From a virus: 34,468 nt of DNA. Of this stretch, positions 31,274 to 34,468 are shown one piece after another. Position numbers and translations under genes: made by a program. The stretch spans positions 1 through 34,468 of IMG/VR virus record IMGVR_UViG_3300045988_066560; one strand, 5' to 3'. The notes beneath the pieces were generated by a model. It was given only the letters and a program-made list of their open reading frames with translations, was not told the DNA's origin and searched no databases. Positions within the stretch are counted from its first letter, which is position 1; each line of letters starts with the position of its first letter.

Positions 31274-31968
31274 TACAAGCACCTCCAATTTGGTTTTACT
31301 TGCAGAATAAAACCGGGAGAAACAGAAATTCTGTTCCTTCCCGGCTTTAAATATAAATCCTCATATTCTCCTGTTATTTTCGTGTTACTCAGAGTGCCAT
31401 CTTCTCTGTATGCAAGCATACGCTCTGTATCTATAATAAGATTTCCGCTTACGTTTGCTTCCATATCCTTCCCGTTTACGTTTATTATGCACAGCCCTTC
31501 TCCCTGTACATAATACACTGGTTTACATAATAAATATGGATTTTGCTCCGCTTCTTCACTCTTCATTTTCACTTTTCCATTTCTTAGGTAAGTGTATGGC
31601 TCGCACGTAAAGCTTACAGTTATATTTCCTATTCTCCTTGTAGTATGCTCAATTTCCCCTAGTTCTACTTTTTTCACTTTATAAAAAAATGCTGCATCAT
31701 CCTCAAATATCAGTTCTCTGTTCATGCTCTCTAGCAGCCAGTTCTTTATTTGCCTCACCCTGTCATGCCACTTTATATCTTTAATAATAAAATTTAATTC
31801 TAATGGAACAGCTATATCTTCATATCCATTTTCTTCTAGGTATTTCCCATCTTTTCCAGATACTTCTACCTCACTATATCGTTTCTGAGGTACTGGGATA
31901 CTTGGGAATGTCTTCATATACACACGGAAGTCCGATGCTTTTCTGTTATTGTATTCAAAATCACTCAT
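31273..31968 (-). CDS. Distal tail protein (Dit)
   Basis: 231 aa immediately after the tape measure, with overlapping start. Confidence 0.7.
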   Translation of the reverse strand: MSDFEYNNRKASDFRVYMKTFPSIPVPQKRYSEVEVSGKDGKYLEENGYEDIAVPLELNFIIKDIKWHDRVRQIKNWLLESMNRELIFEDDAAFFYKVKKVELGEIEHTTRRIGNITVSFTCEPYTYLRNGKVKMKSEEAEQNPYLLCKPVYYVQGEGLCIINVNGKDMEANVSGNLIIDTERMLAYREDGTLSNTKITGEYEDLYLKPGRNRISVSPGFILQVKPNWRCL

Positions 31969-34196
31969 GTTAATCCCATTGCCCTCATTCTTTCTTTTTG
32001 CCCATTGCCGATTATTTTTGTCACTTCTCCGGCCAGCACTTTTGTCAATTTTCCATCTCCGATATACACATTTACATCTGGTGATATATTTAATGTTTTT
32101 AAAGCTTCTATAAATGCAGTTACCAGACTTTCATTATTTATCTTGTTTTCTTCCCTGATGTATTCTCTTAGCAGCTTAATCGGAAGTACCGCCTCCGGTC
32201 CTGCTTCGCCGCCGCCCATAAGTTCACCGCCATTTTGTCCGAATAAAGTAGGCTTATTTAAAATGCCACCCTTTGCGTACCATTTCACAGACAGCTTTGG
32301 AACCCTTGGGGGAACTAAGCTAAAATCTCCCGAAATTTTTAAATGTGGAAGCTTGATATCCAGCCATTTAAAAGAGAAAAAATCTCCTATTTTCTTACCT
32401 AGGCCTTTAAAGAAATCTACAATATCCTCTCCTGTTTCCTTAAATTTCTTCCCTACATCTTTGAAAAATCCCACAACTTCTCCAAATATTTTATTAACTC
32501 CGTCACGGAACCATTCGCATTTATTATAGGCGGCAATAAATGCACCGATTAAAATTCCAATAACAGTAATTACGGTGCCAATAGGATTTGCTGCCATGAT
32601 ACCCCACAGTGCTTTTGCTCCATCTCCAACAGTCCCGAATATGTCTACTACCTTAGGACCGCCTTTTACAAGCAATCCAATTAGGCTTTCCGAACCACCT
32701 ATAATTTTACTTATTCCACCAAAAACACTTCCAAACACTACCAGTAACGGTCCGATAGCAGCAATTACCAATCCGATTGTAACAATGGTTCTCTGTTGGT
32801 TTTCATCCAAGCTTCGAAACCATTCAGAAAATTCTTTTACCTTTCCGGCCACTTCTTGTAAGATAGGCGCCAATGTTTCTATCAGCACTCCTCCTAACTC
32901 TGCACCGGCAAGCTTCAGTTCATTTACAGTCGTTTTCCACTGGTCCCACGGGTCCTGTTGTTCTTCGAAGGTCTGTGAAACAATACCCGAACTATCTTGA
33001 ATTAACTGCAAAAAGTCCTGATACTCAAATCTTCCGCCTTTTATTGCATCAGCTAAATCAGGTCCTGCTTTTTGACCGAATACTTCTATTGCCATAGAAG
33101 TTGCCGTAGCAATATCCGGTGCACTTTCAATCGCTTTTAAAGTTTTCTTGAATTCTTCTGTGGCATTTTTCCCTTCCTTGCCCCATGTTCCGATTGCTTT
33201 TTTCATTCCTGAGAAAGCAATTTCCGTATTTACACCTGCTTTTTCCCAACCTGCAAAAATTGCAATGCTTTCATCTGTGGTAAGTCCTAACGCCCTCATT
33301 GGTGCGCCATATTTTGCAAGGTTTTCAGTAAGTTTCTCTATTTCAACTCCTGATGCTTGTCCTGCAATGGTTAACTTGTCAAGCAGTTCTCCTGTTTGCT
33401 CTGTTGGTATTCCTGCATCGCCCATAGCTCTGGATACCAGCCTTATGGAATTATTAACATCAGTGCCGTTTATTTCTGCAAATTGCAAAAATTTCTTTGT
33501 GAGGTCTTCAAGTCCATCGCCTGTGCTGCCAAATCTTGTGTTGATTTCTCCTACTGCCGTTCCTACATCCTGCATCTCAACCGGCATACTCCCGAACACT
33601 CTGTCCGCAACGTCATTAAGACCTTGTAATGTGTCTCCCGTTGCTCCGGTTTTTGCGATAATCGTATCATATCCTTCATCCAGTTCCATGGCCGCTTTTA
33701 CTCCTGCTACCCCTATTCCAACAATCGGAGTTGTGACACCTACGGTCATTTTCTTTCCAGCATCTGTCATTTTAGAACCTAATTTTTCAACTTTCCCGGC
33801 AAATTCTTCTATTTGTGCAGCTCCGGATTTTAATTTATCACTTACTTCTTCCAATCCCCTCTTATAATTGTTCAGGGATGTTTCTGCGGTATTTAATTCA
33901 GCACGCTTTTTCTGTATTGCTGCTTCATCTCTTTTTTCCGCATTTTCCAGATTTCCTAATTCGTCTCTCAGGACTCGCACTTTCATACTGTAATCCTGTG
34001 TTTGCTTTTCTAAATAAATCTGGCTTGCCTTTAATTTATCAATCGCTTTTGTACTTTCATCCCAAGTGGATTTTGCAAGTTTAAATTCTGTCCTGTTTTC
34101 TTGAATAGATGCGCTGACAGCTTTTAAACTTTTCCGAAAATCCACAGTTCCGTCCGCTTTAAACACTAGTCCTACTCTCTGTAAACTATCTGCCAC
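31965..34196 (-). CDS. Tape measure protein
   Basis: 743 aa. N-terminal coiled coil and Gly-rich hydrophobic segments (TIGLVIAAIGPLLVVFGSVFGG). Follows the chaperone pair. Confidence 0.9.
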   Translation of the reverse strand: MADSLQRVGLVFKADGTVDFRKSLKAVSASIQENRTEFKLAKSTWDESTKAIDKLKASQIYLEKQTQDYSMKVRVLRDELGNLENAEKRDEAAIQKKRAELNTAETSLNNYKRGLEEVSDKLKSGAAQIEEFAGKVEKLGSKMTDAGKKMTVGVTTPIVGIGVAGVKAAMELDEGYDTIIAKTGATGDTLQGLNDVADRVFGSMPVEMQDVGTAVGEINTRFGSTGDGLEDLTKKFLQFAEINGTDVNNSIRLVSRAMGDAGIPTEQTGELLDKLTIAGQASGVEIEKLTENLAKYGAPMRALGLTTDESIAIFAGWEKAGVNTEIAFSGMKKAIGTWGKEGKNATEEFKKTLKAIESAPDIATATSMAIEVFGQKAGPDLADAIKGGRFEYQDFLQLIQDSSGIVSQTFEEQQDPWDQWKTTVNELKLAGAELGGVLIETLAPILQEVAGKVKEFSEWFRSLDENQQRTIVTIGLVIAAIGPLLVVFGSVFGGISKIIGGSESLIGLLVKGGPKVVDIFGTVGDGAKALWGIMAANPIGTVITVIGILIGAFIAAYNKCEWFRDGVNKIFGEVVGFFKDVGKKFKETGEDIVDFFKGLGKKIGDFFSFKWLDIKLPHLKISGDFSLVPPRVPKLSVKWYAKGGILNKPTLFGQNGGELMGGGEAGPEAVLPIKLLREYIREENKINNESLVTAFIEALKTLNISPDVNVYIGDGKLTKVLAGEVTKIIGNGQKERMRAMGLT

Positions 34197-34468
34197 GCAC
34201 TATCACCTCGCTCATTCTGTGTTCCTGATACTTTTCATAGCAGGCGTTAAATAAAAACGGGTCTGCCTTCCAAAATTCTTCTTCAGACATCCCCATTTCC
34301 ATTGCCGCCACGAGATACTCACTCCAATCGCAATCCATCACTTCGGCATCACTTTCCCAGTCTTCGCCGCTTTTTTTTTAGCATATTTTTCATAATTTTC
34401 CTGAAATCCTTTCAAAAGTACCTTTAGTTCTTCTGGATCAGGAGGCATGAGTGCTAATGCTTCATCAA
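34186..34468 (-). CDS. 3' part of the tail assembly chaperone locus: end of gpG (stop at 34338) and the -1 frame gpT extension (stop at 34186-34188)
   Basis: Hand translation of the -1 frame after the A9 run gives SGEDWESDAEVMDCDWSEYLVAAMEMGMSEEEFWKADPFLFNACYEKYQEHRMSEVIVRGR. This is 61 open codons ending 8 nt inside the tape measure gene. Confidence 0.7.
34370..34468. repeat. Terminal overlap copy 2 (identical to 1-99)
   Basis: Direct comparison. Confidence 0.95.
34371..34379 (-). promoter_or_regulatory. A9 slippery run for programmed -1 ribosomal frameshifting (also present as bases 2-10)
   Basis: The minus strand reads GCT AAA AAA AAA GCG in the zero frame, giving the A_AAA_AAA heptamer. 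The zero frame stops 10 codons later and the -1 frame stays open for 61 codons. Confidence 0.65.

Overview
The window is one complete, circularly closed dsDNA phage genome. Bases 1-99 are identical to 34370-34468, so the unique length is 34,369 bp. It is an AT-rich, HK97-type siphovirus of a Firmicutes/Clostridia-like host, judged from strong AGGAGG ribosome-binding sites and an endolysin with clostridial-type cell-wall-binding repeats. Almost every gene is on the minus strand.

Gene order, read along the minus strand:
- **Early/replication module (about 19.4 to 10.6 kb):** HUH Rep-like initiator, RNase H-like protein, HTH protein, SSB, Dam methylase, YopX, DUF551 and several small zinc-ribbon ORFs.
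- **Late regulator and RNA region:** a sigma-region-4/RinA-like late regulator, a GC-rich hairpin-dense noncoding stretch, and a tRNA with anticodon TAT.
- **Insertion:** an IS91-family rolling-circle IS on the opposite strand.
- **Packaging and head:** HNH endonuclease, small P-loop NTPase, TerS, TerL, portal, ClpP-like prohead protease, HK97-type capsid and connectors.
- **Tail:** major tail protein, gpG/gpGT chaperone with an A9 -1 frameshift site lying exactly on the assembly junction, tape measure, Dit, Tal, tail lysin and fibres.
- **Lysis:** XhlA-like protein, holin and amidase endolysin.

No integrase, CI-type repressor, reverse transcriptase or CRISPR array is visible.

Most interesting candidates:
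1. A tandem DUF2829/Tad2-like (anti-Thoeris sponge fold) gene inside the lysis cassette.
2. A self-contained plus-strand promoter-terminator unit predicting a roughly 55-60 nt antisense RNA in the leader of the HUH rep gene, resembling plasmid ctRNA control.
3. A 2-kb mixed-orientation accessory region (18.7-21.3 kb). It holds small membrane-peptide genes with convergent or antisense transcription units (type I TA-like), a plus-strand zinc-ribbon gene cassette bounded by 37-nt direct repeats, and a perfect consensus promoter carrying twin palindromic operators.
4. The IS91 insertion with a small acidic passenger ORF.

All functional calls rest on motif recognition by eye and need HMM or structure confirmation.
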